NCBI GenBank assembly: GCA_963676105.1
Contig: OY781039.1
Location: forward strand, 1,650,001-1,682,000
Source of the DNA: Erysipelotrichaceae bacterium
Lineage (GTDB): Bacteria; Bacillota_I; Bacilli_A; Erysipelotrichales; Erysipelotrichaceae
Direction: 5' to 3'
DNA: 32,000 nt
In this document: positions 20,535 to 29,366 of the stretch, piece after piece
Layout of the letters: the number at the start of each line of letters is the position of its first letter
How positions within the stretch are numbered: the stretch's first letter is position 1
The notes under the pieces: generated by a model
The model's database searches: none
What the model was told of the DNA's origin: nothing
The model's input: only the letters and a program-made list of their open reading frames with translations
Made by a program: the position numbers and the translations under genes

Positions 20535-21377
20535 ATGAAGAAATATCAAATATTAAAAATCTTTAATAATAACGTTGTTCTTGTATTAGACAATGAAAGC
20601 CAACAAGAGGCTGTTTTCTACTCCAAAGGTATTGGTTTTGGTAAAAAAGAAAAACAGATCTTTAGTATAGATGAAGAAACTGTGGATAAATCGTTTATTT
20701 CTTACAACGAAGAATTCAAAGAAGTTTACATCAATTTACTGCAAGGCATAAACCATGAAATCTTTGAGTATTGTATTGACTACATCAATGTAGCTGAACA
20801 ACAATTGGGTGCTCTAAATCCAAGAATTCGCTTAGTGTTAACAGACCACATTGTCTTTGCGATTGAAAGAACTAAAAATCATCAGGATATTGTTAATCCA
20901 TTTATTGATGAAATTAAGATTCTTTATCCCGAAGAATATGCGGTTGCGGAATTATCACAAGAGTTTGTCTTTAAACCATTAAAGGTCAAAATTTCTGAAG
21001 ATGAAATTGGATTTATTGCGATGCATCTCTATGCAGCTAAGAAAAATATTGAAGTTAAGGAATCAGTCAAAACGATGCGTCTAGTCAATGAAATTATTGA
21101 AATCATTGAAATGGAAATTGGTTCTAAAATTACACGAGGTTTTGATTATAGTCGTTTGATTTATCATCTAAGATCTACGGTAGAGCGTAGCATTGAAAAC
21201 AAGATGATTAAGAACCCAATGTTGAAAGTTCTTAAAAATGAACTACACGATAGTTATGTGATAGCGGAAAAATGTGCGAAATACTTGAGTGATAAAGGAC
21301 AAGTACATTTAGTGGATGATGAAATTGGTTATATGGCGATTCATATTAACCGCATCACTCAGCAGCTAAAAAAATAG
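20535..21377 (+). CDS. BglG/LicT/SacY-family PRD-domain transcription antiterminator
   Basis: MKKYQILKIFNNNVVLV is a CAT RNA-binding domain, followed by two PRD repeats (FAIERTK..., IGFIAMHLY..., IGYMAIHINR). GGAG lies 5 nt before ATG 20535. The tracked start 20505 lies inside the terminator. Confidence 0.9.
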   Translation: MKKYQILKIFNNNVVLVLDNESQQEAVFYSKGIGFGKKEKQIFSIDEETVDKSFISYNEEFKEVYINLLQGINHEIFEYCIDYINVAEQQLGALNPRIRLVLTDHIVFAIERTKNHQDIVNPFIDEIKILYPEEYAVAELSQEFVFKPLKVKISEDEIGFIAMHLYAAKKNIEVKESVKTMRLVNEIIEIIEMEIGSKITRGFDYSRLIYHLRSTVERSIENKMIKNPMLKVLKNELHDSYVIAEKCAKYLSDKGQVHLVDDEIGYMAIHINRITQQLKK

Positions 21378-21442
21378 TTTGGTATTTATAGGACTGCAGC
21401 CTATTAATATAAAAATTTTCAAAAGGAGGACTTAGGTCGATT

Positions 21443-22837
21443 ATGTTTGGAAAACTACAAAAAGTCGGTAAAGCTTTGATGCTTCCGGTAGCCGTTATGC
21501 CAGCCGCAGCTATTTTATTAAGACTCGGTGCTGGTATTCCTGGTATTGAAGGGCTATTTGCTCAAATCTTATTAACAGCTGGTGCAGGTATCTTTGATAA
21601 CTTGTATCTCTTATTCGGTATTGGTATTGCTTTAGGTCTTGCAAAAGAAAATCACGGTTCAGCAGCTTTAGCTGGTGCAGTTGGTGTTCTAGTTGCGAAG
21701 AATGTTTATACAGCGATTAATCCTGACATCAACACTGGTGTTATGGTTGGGATCGTTATGGGGATTTTAGCTGGTACTCTTTATAACAAGTACTACAACA
21801 TTAAACTTCCAGAATTCTTAGGATTCTTTGGTGGTAAACGTTTTATCCCTATTCTAATGTCATTTGTTGGTCTACTTGTTGGGATCGCATTTGGTTATGT
21901 ATGGCCTCCAATCCAAAATGGATTAGATGCTTTAGGTAATGCAGCAGCTGCTTCTGGTGTTGTTGGTACCTTCTTCTTTGGTTTCGCTAACCGTCTACTC
22001 ATTCCGGTTGGCTTACACCATGTATTAAATTCGATTTTCTGGTTTACATTTGGTTCATTCACAACTGCTGCTGGAGAAATTATTAATGGTGATTTATGGC
22101 GTTACTTCGCTGGCGATCCTACTGCTGGGGTTTACATGGCAGGGTTCTATCCAGTAATGATGTTTGGTCTACCAGCCGCAACATTTGCGATGTATACTAC
22201 CGCAAAACCTGAAAATAAAAAGTTTGTTGCGGGGATGTTCTTCTCAATTGCGTTTACTTCATTCTTAACAGGGATTACAGAACCAATTGAATTCTTATTT
22301 GTATTCTTATCACCAGCGCTATACGCGATACATGCAGTACTCACTGGTTTGGCTTTAGCTGTAACTCAAGGTCTTGGGATCTTACATGGTTTTGGTTTCT
22401 CAGCTGGATTATTTGACTATGTATTAAATATGTATCTCGCAACCAATGGTTACTTACTCATACCATTAGGCTTAGCCTTCGCAGTTGTTTACTTCTTCGT
22501 ATTCAGATGGGCAATCCTCAAATGGGATATTCCTACACCTGGTCGTTTAGATGAAGAAATGGGTGATGATAGTGCACTGGAAGAACTCGGTGTGAGTGGT
22601 CTTGCTCAAGCATACTATGATGCGATTGGTGGTAAAGCTAATTTAGTATCATGTGATGCATGTATTACACGTTTACGTTTAAGTGTTAATGATGCAAGCT
22701 TAATTGATGAAGCAGCTGTTAAAAAATTAGGTGCTTCAGGCATTGTGAAACCAAATGACAAGAATGTTCAAATTGTTGTTGGTACACATGCAGAGCTTAT
22801 TGCAGATGAAATAAATACACTTGTTAAAAGAAAATAA
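21443..22837 (+). CDS. PTS glucose/N-acetylglucosamine-family EIICB component
   Basis: MFGKLQKVGKALMLPVAVMPAAAILLRLG is a PtsG/NagE-type N-terminus, and the C-terminal EIIB carries the CITRLRL phosphocysteine motif. Confidence 0.92.
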   Translation: MFGKLQKVGKALMLPVAVMPAAAILLRLGAGIPGIEGLFAQILLTAGAGIFDNLYLLFGIGIALGLAKENHGSAALAGAVGVLVAKNVYTAINPDINTGVMVGIVMGILAGTLYNKYYNIKLPEFLGFFGGKRFIPILMSFVGLLVGIAFGYVWPPIQNGLDALGNAAAASGVVGTFFFGFANRLLIPVGLHHVLNSIFWFTFGSFTTAAGEIINGDLWRYFAGDPTAGVYMAGFYPVMMFGLPAATFAMYTTAKPENKKFVAGMFFSIAFTSFLTGITEPIEFLFVFLSPALYAIHAVLTGLALAVTQGLGILHGFGFSAGLFDYVLNMYLATNGYLLIPLGLAFAVVYFFVFRWAILKWDIPTPGRLDEEMGDDSALEELGVSGLAQAYYDAIGGKANLVSCDACITRLRLSVNDASLIDEAAVKKLGASGIVKPNDKNVQIVVGTHAELIADEINTLVKRK

Positions 22838-22851
22838 TTTAGGAGAGTATT

Positions 22852-23307
22852 ATGCTTGGACTATTCAAGAAAAAACCCATTAAAATTACAGCGCCTATCA
22901 AAGGTGAAATCATTGAATTAAAAGATGTGAATGATCAAGTCTTTTCACAAAAAATGGTTGGGGATGGTTTTGCGATTATTCCAAGTAGTGATGTAGTGCT
23001 TGCTCCATTTGATGCAGAAGTCTTAATGGTCTTTCATACCAACCATGCATTAGGTCTAAAATCACAAGAGGGAATTGAACTTTTAATTCATGTTGGTTTA
23101 GATACTGTTGATTTGAAAGGCGAAGGATTTGAGTCTTTTGTTAAAGCTGGAGACAATGTTAAAAAAGGTGATAAGTTATTAGGATTTGATTTACCTTCGC
23201 TTTTAAGTAAAGGTATTGATATGACTTCACCTGTTATCATCACCAATCCAAAAAAAGTAAATAGAATTAATTTAACAGATGATGAAGGAGTTGAAGTTTA
23301 CTTATAA
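22852..23307 (+). CDS. PTS glucose-family EIIA component (Crr-like)
   Basis: FHTNHALGLK and LIHVGLDTV are the two conserved His motifs. Confidence 0.9.
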   Translation: MLGLFKKKPIKITAPIKGEIIELKDVNDQVFSQKMVGDGFAIIPSSDVVLAPFDAEVLMVFHTNHALGLKSQEGIELLIHVGLDTVDLKGEGFESFVKAGDNVKKGDKLLGFDLPSLLSKGIDMTSPVIITNPKKVNRINLTDDEGVEVYL

Positions 23308-23330
23308 AACTTCTTCATCAGATGTTTATT

Positions 23331-23361
23331 AAAGAACTTTCATTGGAAAGTTCTTTCTTTA
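23331..23361 (+). terminator. intrinsic terminator after EIIA
   Basis: An 11-bp perfect stem AAAGAACTTTC (23331-23341) / GAAAGTTCTTT (23346-23356), then CTTTA. Confidence 0.75.
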
Positions 23362-23398
23362 TCAGTATGATATAAATAAGAATAAGTGAGGTAGTGTG

Positions 23399-24121
23399 AT
23401 GTTTGACATCAATGTTTTAGACAATTATGAAGAAGTATCTAAAAAAGCAAGTGAAGTTGTTTTAGATATCTTAAAGGGGAAAAAAGTAACACTTGGTTTG
23501 GCTACTGGATCATCTCCTGTTGGAATGTACAAGAATCTAGTTAAAGCATTTAAAGAAGGACAATCTTTTTCTCATGTCACAAGTGTGAACCTAGATGAGT
23601 ATGTTGGAATCGATAGAGATAATGAACAAAGTTACTATCATTTCATGTTTGAACATCTATTTAAACATGTTGATATGAAAGAAGAAAACATTCATATACC
23701 TACCGGTACAGGTGATATGAATGATGTGACTAAAGCTTATGAGACTTTCTTAGAATCACATCCACAAGATTTACAAGTTTTAGGTTTAGGATCTAACGGT
23801 CATATTGGATTTAATGAACCAGGTACATCGTTTGATTCAGTTGCACATGTGATTGAGTTAGAAGAAGGAACACGTGCTGATAATGCTCGTTTCTTCGATT
23901 CAATTGATGATGTTCCAACTTATGCGATCACCATGGGAATTAAAGATATCATGCGTGCCAAGAAAATAATTGTCATTGCGACAGGTGAAAAGAAAGCACA
24001 AGCGATCTATGAAATGATTCATGGCGAAATCACAGAAGACGTTCCATGTACCATTCTACAAAAACATCCTAACGTAGTCGTTGTAGTAGACAAAGAAGCT
24101 GGGAAGTTATTAGATAAATAA
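23399..24121 (+). CDS. nagB: glucosamine-6-phosphate deaminase
   Basis: LGLATGSSP and LGLGSNGHIGFNEPG motifs. GAGG lies 7 nt before ATG 23399, and GTG 23396 is an alternative start. Confidence 0.93.
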   Translation: MFDINVLDNYEEVSKKASEVVLDILKGKKVTLGLATGSSPVGMYKNLVKAFKEGQSFSHVTSVNLDEYVGIDRDNEQSYYHFMFEHLFKHVDMKEENIHIPTGTGDMNDVTKAYETFLESHPQDLQVLGLGSNGHIGFNEPGTSFDSVAHVIELEEGTRADNARFFDSIDDVPTYAITMGIKDIMRAKKIIVIATGEKKAQAIYEMIHGEITEDVPCTILQKHPNVVVVVDKEAGKLLDK

Positions 24122-24135
24122 TAGGAGGGCATATT

Positions 24136-25275
24136 ATGATAATTCAAAGTACTAGAGTATATCTTGAGGAAATGTGGACAGCTGCCCAAATAGAAATTAA
24201 AGATAAGAAAATTATTGGAATTTATCCCTATGGCACAAAGAGTGTAGATGAAGATTATGGAAACAATAAAATCTTACCGGGTTTTATTGATACTCATTGT
24301 CATGGAGCTTTAGGTTTTGACACAAATGATGTTGATCCTGAAGGCCTAAAAAAGTGGTTAAAAGGAGCGGTTGATGAAGGTATTACATCACTTTGTCCTA
24401 CAACCATTACACAAAGTGAAGAAGTACTGACAAACGCTTTAGTCAATGTAGCGAAGGTTGCGAATAGTGACTATGAAGGTGCACGTATTGCGGGTATTCA
24501 TTTTGAAGGCCCCTATTTAAATAAAGCTTTTAAAGGAGCTCAACCTGAATCACATATTGTTCAAGGAACCATCAAACAATTTGATGATTTTTATAAAGCA
24601 TCAAATGGACTAATTAAAGTTGTCACCATGGCTACTGAAAATGATCCTGAATTCACTTTAACTAAACATATGAATAAGTTGGATATAGCTGTTAATATTG
24701 GACACTCAGCTTCAACTTATGAAGAAGCACAGTTTGCATTGGCAAATGGCGCAAATGGATTTACTCATACCTATAATGGCATGAGTAAATTTAATCACCG
24801 TACCCCTAACTTAATGGGTGCATCTTTAGACATTCGTGATGGATATTCAGAAATAATCACTGATGGTGTTCATGTCAGTTGGCCAGCGATAAGAATGTTG
24901 TTTAAAACTAAAGGGAAAGACCATGTGGTGATTATCACCGATTCTGTTCAAGCTAAAAAGGTTGGGGTTGGTCACTATGTCTTTGGTGGTCAAAACATTG
25001 AAGTGAAAGAAAATGGTGGCGCTTACCTTGAAAGTGGTAACTTAGCAGGTAGCACATTACTTTATAATCGAGCTCTTGAAAATGTCATTGTGCATGCGCA
25101 AGTGGATGAAGTCAGCGCTATTAACGCCGCTACCATCAATCCTGCAAAAGTTTTAAAACTAGATCATGTTAAAGGACGACTACGTGCAGGTTTTGATGCA
25201 GATATCGTGGTTCTAAATGAGACTTATGATGTCCTTGCGACCTATGTTGAAGGAACATTAGTCTATAAAATCTAA
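24136..25275 (+). CDS. nagA: N-acetylglucosamine-6-phosphate deacetylase
   Basis: PGFIDTHCHGA, HFEGPYL, IGHSAS, THTYNGM and a C-terminal DADIVVL. Confidence 0.93.
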   Translation: MIIQSTRVYLEEMWTAAQIEIKDKKIIGIYPYGTKSVDEDYGNNKILPGFIDTHCHGALGFDTNDVDPEGLKKWLKGAVDEGITSLCPTTITQSEEVLTNALVNVAKVANSDYEGARIAGIHFEGPYLNKAFKGAQPESHIVQGTIKQFDDFYKASNGLIKVVTMATENDPEFTLTKHMNKLDIAVNIGHSASTYEEAQFALANGANGFTHTYNGMSKFNHRTPNLMGASLDIRDGYSEIITDGVHVSWPAIRMLFKTKGKDHVVIITDSVQAKKVGVGHYVFGGQNIEVKENGGAYLESGNLAGSTLLYNRALENVIVHAQVDEVSAINAATINPAKVLKLDHVKGRLRAGFDADIVVLNETYDVLATYVEGTLVYKI

Positions 25276-25290
25276 TTAATTAAATGTTAT

Positions 25291-25314
25291 TTTGTTTCAT
25301 TTTTTCATGAACAA
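25291..25314 (+). terminator. weak candidate terminator hairpin after nagA
   Basis: TTTGTTTCAT / ATGAACAAA with one bulged T. The T-run starts only 8 nt further downstream. Confidence 0.3.
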
Positions 25315-25340
25315 AGTAATATTTTTTTACTCTATTAAAG

Positions 25341-25357
25341 ATGTAATAGTATTACAT
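25341..25357. promoter_or_regulatory. operator-like 17-bp perfect palindrome (site 1)
   Basis: ATGTAATA-G-TATTACAT. Confidence 0.5.
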
Positions 25358-25380
25358 TAAAATAAAATAAAGTTAATCAC

Positions 25381-25409
25381 TTGTAATATTATTACATAAT
25401 GTGTATAAT
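25381..25409 (+). promoter_or_regulatory. putative sigma-A promoter of the Man-family PTS/murQ operon
   Basis: TTGTAA (25381-25386), 17-nt spacer, TATAAT (25404-25409). Confidence 0.55.
25382..25396. promoter_or_regulatory. operator-like 15-bp perfect palindrome (site 2), overlapping the -35 and spacer
   Basis: TGTAATA-T-TATTACA has the same half-sites as site 1. The two site centres are 40 bp apart. Confidence 0.5.
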
Positions 25410-25418
25410 TTGTTGCAG

Positions 25419-25433
25419 ATGAAAACGGTTGCA
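25419..25433. promoter_or_regulatory. cre (CcpA catabolite-responsive element) candidate
   Basis: ATGAAAACGGTTGCA satisfies all 15 positions of WTGNAANCGNWNNCW. It is centred about 10 nt downstream of the predicted TSS. Confidence 0.6.
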
Positions 25434-25468
25434 ACTACTCATCAAATTTTCCAAATAGGAGGAAAGAA

Positions 25469-26263
25469 ATGGAATTATCAATTCTAATTATCTTATTACT
25501 AACATTGTATGTTGGTATTGGTGTTATCGACCAAATTTCAATTCAAGCAGGTCTATATTCACCATTATTTGCTGCCGCAGTTACAGGTTTCTTATTAAAG
25601 GATTTACAAACAGGTTTAATTGTTGGGGCTACGCTTCAACTCATGACCCTAGGTGTGGCAACCTATGGTGGGGCATCTGTTCCTGATTTTCTATCGGGTG
25701 CAGTTATGGGAACAGCTTTCGCTATATTATCGGGAAATGGAGCTGAATATGGAATCGGTTTAGCCGTTCCAATCGGATTATTATTAACTCAGTTAGATGT
25801 CCTTGGACGTATGACTAATACATTCTTCCAACATAAGGCAGATCAATATGCTGCTGATGGGGATGTAAAAGGTGTTGAGATGGCTAATGTGCTTGGTGCT
25901 TTACCTTGGATGTTATCTCGTATGATTCCTGTATTTATTGGTTTATATTTCGGAGATGCAGTTGTGACTAGTTTAAACTCAGTGATTCCTGCATGGTTTA
26001 TTACAGGTTTAAGAGCTGCTGGTTCAATTCTACCAGCTATGGGGATGGCAATTCTAATGCGCTATCTACCGCTTAAGAAATACTATCCATATTACATCAT
26101 TGGATTTGTGATGATGGCCTATGGAAATTCAATCTTTTCAATCTTATCTGTTGCGCTTGTTGGTTTCGCATTAGCTGTCATTCATGTAGGCTATACAAAA
26201 CCTGCTGCCTTTGCGCAAGTGTATGGACCATCAATTGATGGGGAGGTAGAAATTGATGACTAA
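25469..26263 (+). CDS. PTS mannose/fructose/sorbose-family EIIC component
   Basis: 264-aa polytopic protein with the typical IIC-Man layout. RBS AGGAGGAAAG. Confidence 0.9.
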   Translation: MELSILIILLLTLYVGIGVIDQISIQAGLYSPLFAAAVTGFLLKDLQTGLIVGATLQLMTLGVATYGGASVPDFLSGAVMGTAFAILSGNGAEYGIGLAVPIGLLLTQLDVLGRMTNTFFQHKADQYAADGDVKGVEMANVLGALPWMLSRMIPVFIGLYFGDAVVTSLNSVIPAWFITGLRAAGSILPAMGMAILMRYLPLKKYYPYYIIGFVMMAYGNSIFSILSVALVGFALAVIHVGYTKPAAFAQVYGPSIDGEVEIDD

Positions 26264-27083
26264 GCAAGTTCAAGTTACAAAACAAGATTTAAATAAAGTA
26301 TTTGTAAGAAATTTATTTGGCTTACAACTCGCCTGGAATTATGAAAAAATGCAAGGTCTAGGCTATTGCTATGTCATCCTTCCAGTGCTTAAAAAACTTT
26401 ATGGACATGATCCAGAAAAAATGAAGCGTGCACTCCAAATGCACTTAGGATTCTTCAATACAACACCAGCGATGTCTAACTTGATTATTGGTGCTGATAT
26501 TGCGATTGAAGAAGAGATTGGTATTGAAAGTGAAAAAGTCGTTACTGGTATTAAAACTGGTTTAATGGGACCATTTGCTGGTGTTGGAGACACATTATTC
26601 ATCGCAATCTACAGAGCGGTTGTTTTCTCAATTGCTGCATACTTAGCACTAGAAGGAAATGTAGTTGGATTATTTATACCATTTATCGCAGTTGCTGCTG
26701 TGATTGCAGTACGTTATAAATTTACGTTCTTCGGTTATGAACAAGGTAAAAAATTAGCGAGTGGCTTTGCTGACAAGATAAATCTAATTACTGAAGGGGC
26801 ATCGATTTTAGGACTAGCGGTTGTTGGGGCCTTAATCCCATCTGTTATTCGATATAGTTTAAACTTAAACTTTGCTTTTGGAGATGTAACACTTTCTATT
26901 CAAGATATGTTAAATCGTATCTTACCAGGTCTAATACCTCTAAGTATTACACTGCTTTCTTACTGGTTACTAGGTAAGAAAAAAATGAATTCAACACGCT
27001 TAATCTTCTTCTTAATCGCATTAGGTTTAGTGTTGGGTAATCTACAAACATTAGTAGATGCATTATTTAGCGTATTCGCATAA
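26256..27083 (+). CDS. PTS mannose-family EIID component
   Basis: FVRNLFGLQLAWNYEKMQGLGYCY is a IID signature. It overlaps the IIC stop, and GGAGG lies upstream. Confidence 0.9.
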   Translation: MTKQVQVTKQDLNKVFVRNLFGLQLAWNYEKMQGLGYCYVILPVLKKLYGHDPEKMKRALQMHLGFFNTTPAMSNLIIGADIAIEEEIGIESEKVVTGIKTGLMGPFAGVGDTLFIAIYRAVVFSIAAYLALEGNVVGLFIPFIAVAAVIAVRYKFTFFGYEQGKKLASGFADKINLITEGASILGLAVVGALIPSVIRYSLNLNFAFGDVTLSIQDMLNRILPGLIPLSITLLSYWLLGKKKMNSTRLIFFLIALGLVLGNLQTLVDALFSVFA

Positions 27084-27096
27084 GGAGTAAAAACAA

Positions 27097-27573
27097 ATGA
27101 TTGTACATGCACGAGTAGACGAAAGATTAATCCATGGTCAAGTGGCTATGGTTTGGACGAACACTGTTGGCGCAACACGTATCGTTGTGGTAAATGATGA
27201 AGCGGTTAAAGATGAAATGATGATTTCAGCCTTGAAAATAGCTAAACCAGCAGGGGTTAAGTTATCTTTATTATCGATAGAAAAAGCAAAAATAAAACTA
27301 AATGATGATACGTATGCTCAAGACCGTGTGTTTCTCATTTGTAAGAATATTAAAGATATGATCACACTCGTAGATGAGGTTGATCAATTAAAAAGCTTTA
27401 ATGTTGGTAATGTTTCGCAAAAACAAGATACAATAAATATTAAGAAGTCTGTTAATCTTACACAAGATGAAATAGACATTCTAAAGAAATTAGTTGAAAA
27501 AGGTATTTATGTAACGGCACAAATGGTGCCGAATGAATCTGATCAATTGATTGTCGAATATTTTAATTATTAA
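27097..27573 (+). CDS. PTS mannose-family EIIB component
   Basis: MIVHARVDERLIHGQVAMVW is the phospho-His motif of IIB-Man/Sor. Confidence 0.9.
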   Translation: MIVHARVDERLIHGQVAMVWTNTVGATRIVVVNDEAVKDEMMISALKIAKPAGVKLSLLSIEKAKIKLNDDTYAQDRVFLICKNIKDMITLVDEVDQLKSFNVGNVSQKQDTINIKKSVNLTQDEIDILKKLVEKGIYVTAQMVPNESDQLIVEYFNY

Positions 27574-27587
27574 AGGAGCGAGGTTTG

Positions 27588-28433
27588 ATGAATATTATTC
27601 TAGAGTTAAGGAGCCAATTAGAAAGCTTAAGCAAGACGAATAAACGTATTGTTGAGTTTATCTTAAAAAATCCAAGTGTAGTTTTAGAAAACACGGCCGC
27701 CCAACTAGGAGAATTGAGTCAAACCTCATCGGCTTCTATCATTCGTTTTGTCCATGCTTTAGGCTACAAAGGATTAGACGAATTCAAAATAGAGTTAGCA
27801 AAAGAATTAAGTACACAAGATGACGTACTAAGCATAAGTGGTGGTATCAATCAAAATGATGATTTAGAAACACTTTGTTTAAAAACACAAAGTTTAATAG
27901 ATCAAACAAATCGTGATCTCTTTTATCAATTAAAAGAAGATCAATTAGCTCAAGCTATTAAAATTGTTCAGGATGCTAAACACGTCTATCTGTTTGGGAT
28001 AGGCGCATCATCGCTTGCTGCCTATGATCTATATCACAAATTTAATCGTATTCAAAAACAATCAGTTTTTAACTTTGATTCACATATGACGGTTGAATTC
28101 TTACATTATTTAGAAAAGACTGACTGTGTCATTGTCTATTCTTATAGTGGGCATTCACGTGAAGTTGTGGAAGCGGCAGTACTCGCAAAGTCTAAAGGTG
28201 TTAAAGTAATTGCGATTACTCAGAACGCACCTTCACCTTTAAGTGAGAATGCCGATATCATCTTAACTGTTCCAAACAATGAACCAGCGCCTCGTGTTGG
28301 GGCGATTGCTTCAAAGTTTTCGATCATGTTGATATCTGATTTATTGTATCTAGGTGTGATTCAAAAAGATCTCAAGAAAGTTGAAAAGAACTTACTTGAA
28401 ACCTCTAAGCTAACTCGAAAATTAAAACTATAA
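27588..28433 (+). CDS. RpiR/MurR-family transcriptional regulator (HTH_6 plus SIS domain)
   Basis: The N-terminal HTH (NKRIVEFILKNP...AAQLGELSQTSSASIIRFVHALGYKG) is followed by SIS features (VYLFGIGASS...). AGGAG lies 9 nt before ATG 27588. Confidence 0.88.
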   Translation: MNIILELRSQLESLSKTNKRIVEFILKNPSVVLENTAAQLGELSQTSSASIIRFVHALGYKGLDEFKIELAKELSTQDDVLSISGGINQNDDLETLCLKTQSLIDQTNRDLFYQLKEDQLAQAIKIVQDAKHVYLFGIGASSLAAYDLYHKFNRIQKQSVFNFDSHMTVEFLHYLEKTDCVIVYSYSGHSREVVEAAVLAKSKGVKVIAITQNAPSPLSENADIILTVPNNEPAPRVGAIASKFSIMLISDLLYLGVIQKDLKKVEKNLLETSKLTRKLKL

Positions 28434-28457
28434 ATATTTTAGAAAGAGATAGGTTTA

Positions 28458-29366
28458 ATGATTGAATTAAATAAACTGACTTCTGAACAAATAAATGATG
28501 ACTCATTAAGAATTAGTGATGTTAATACAGTAGAAGTTTTAAATATAATAAACAACGAAGATCAAAAGATAGCTTTGTTGATTAAAGAGGAAATTCCAAA
28601 GATAGAAATTGTAGTAGACGAAATGACCAGACGTTTTAAAAAAGGTGGTCGTATTATTTATGTTGGGGCAGGATCTTCAGGTCGTGTAGGATTGATGGAT
28701 TCAGTTGAACTCAATCCAACATACGGCATTGAAAATGACCGAGTTTTTAGTTTGTTGGCTGGTGGTGCAAATGCACTACACGAAGCTGTTGAAGGGGCTG
28801 AAGATTCGATCGAATTGGCCATTCAAGACATTAGTGCTTTAAATGTAAAAGAAGAAGATATTATCATTGGGATTGCCGCAAGTGGCAGAACACCTTATAC
28901 TTTGGCAGTTTTAGACTATGCGAGTCGTCGAAATGCATTAACTGTCGCTATCACAACAAATGTTGGTAGTGAAATGTCTAAAGTTGCTAATCTTGCCATT
29001 GAAGTTGATGTTGGGGCAGAAGTTATCCAAGGTTCAACTCGAATGAAATCAGGCACTGCACAGAAGATGATTGTAAATATGATCTCGACGGCTGTTATGG
29101 TAAAACTTGGTCGTGTCTATAAAAATCAAATGGTTTTTGTAAAGGCAAGCAACTTTAAACTTAGAGTAAGGGCTCGAAACATCTTAATGCAATGTACAGA
29201 CTTAAATGAAATTACAGCTCAAACTTTACTTGAAAACAGTGACTTTGATGTGGCAAGCGCCATCGTTATGCATGAATTAAATGTAAGTCTAGAGAGAGCA
29301 CAAAAACTCATAAAATCAAATCACGGTAATATCTATGCAGCCCTAAATGCACAGGTAATCACATGA
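28458..29366 (+). CDS. murQ: N-acetylmuramic acid 6-phosphate etherase
   Basis: GAGSSGR, IGIAASGRTPYT and QGSTRMKSGTAQKM motifs with a C-terminal UBA-like tail. About 300 aa, as in MurQ. Confidence 0.9.
   Translation: MIELNKLTSEQINDDSLRISDVNTVEVLNIINNEDQKIALLIKEEIPKIEIVVDEMTRRFKKGGRIIYVGAGSSGRVGLMDSVELNPTYGIENDRVFSLLAGGANALHEAVEGAEDSIELAIQDISALNVKEEDIIIGIAASGRTPYTLAVLDYASRRNALTVAITTNVGSEMSKVANLAIEVDVGAEVIQGSTRMKSGTAQKMIVNMISTAVMVKLGRVYKNQMVFVKASNFKLRVRARNILMQCTDLNEITAQTLLENSDFDVASAIVMHELNVSLERAQKLIKSNHGNIYAALNAQVIT

Noticed and set aside
21388-21404. Hairpin ATAGG-ACTGCAG-CCTAT between licT and the EIICB gene, as a second RAT/terminator.
   Set aside because: The stem is only 5 bp, there is no U-tract directly following, and similarity to the RAT consensus is poor.
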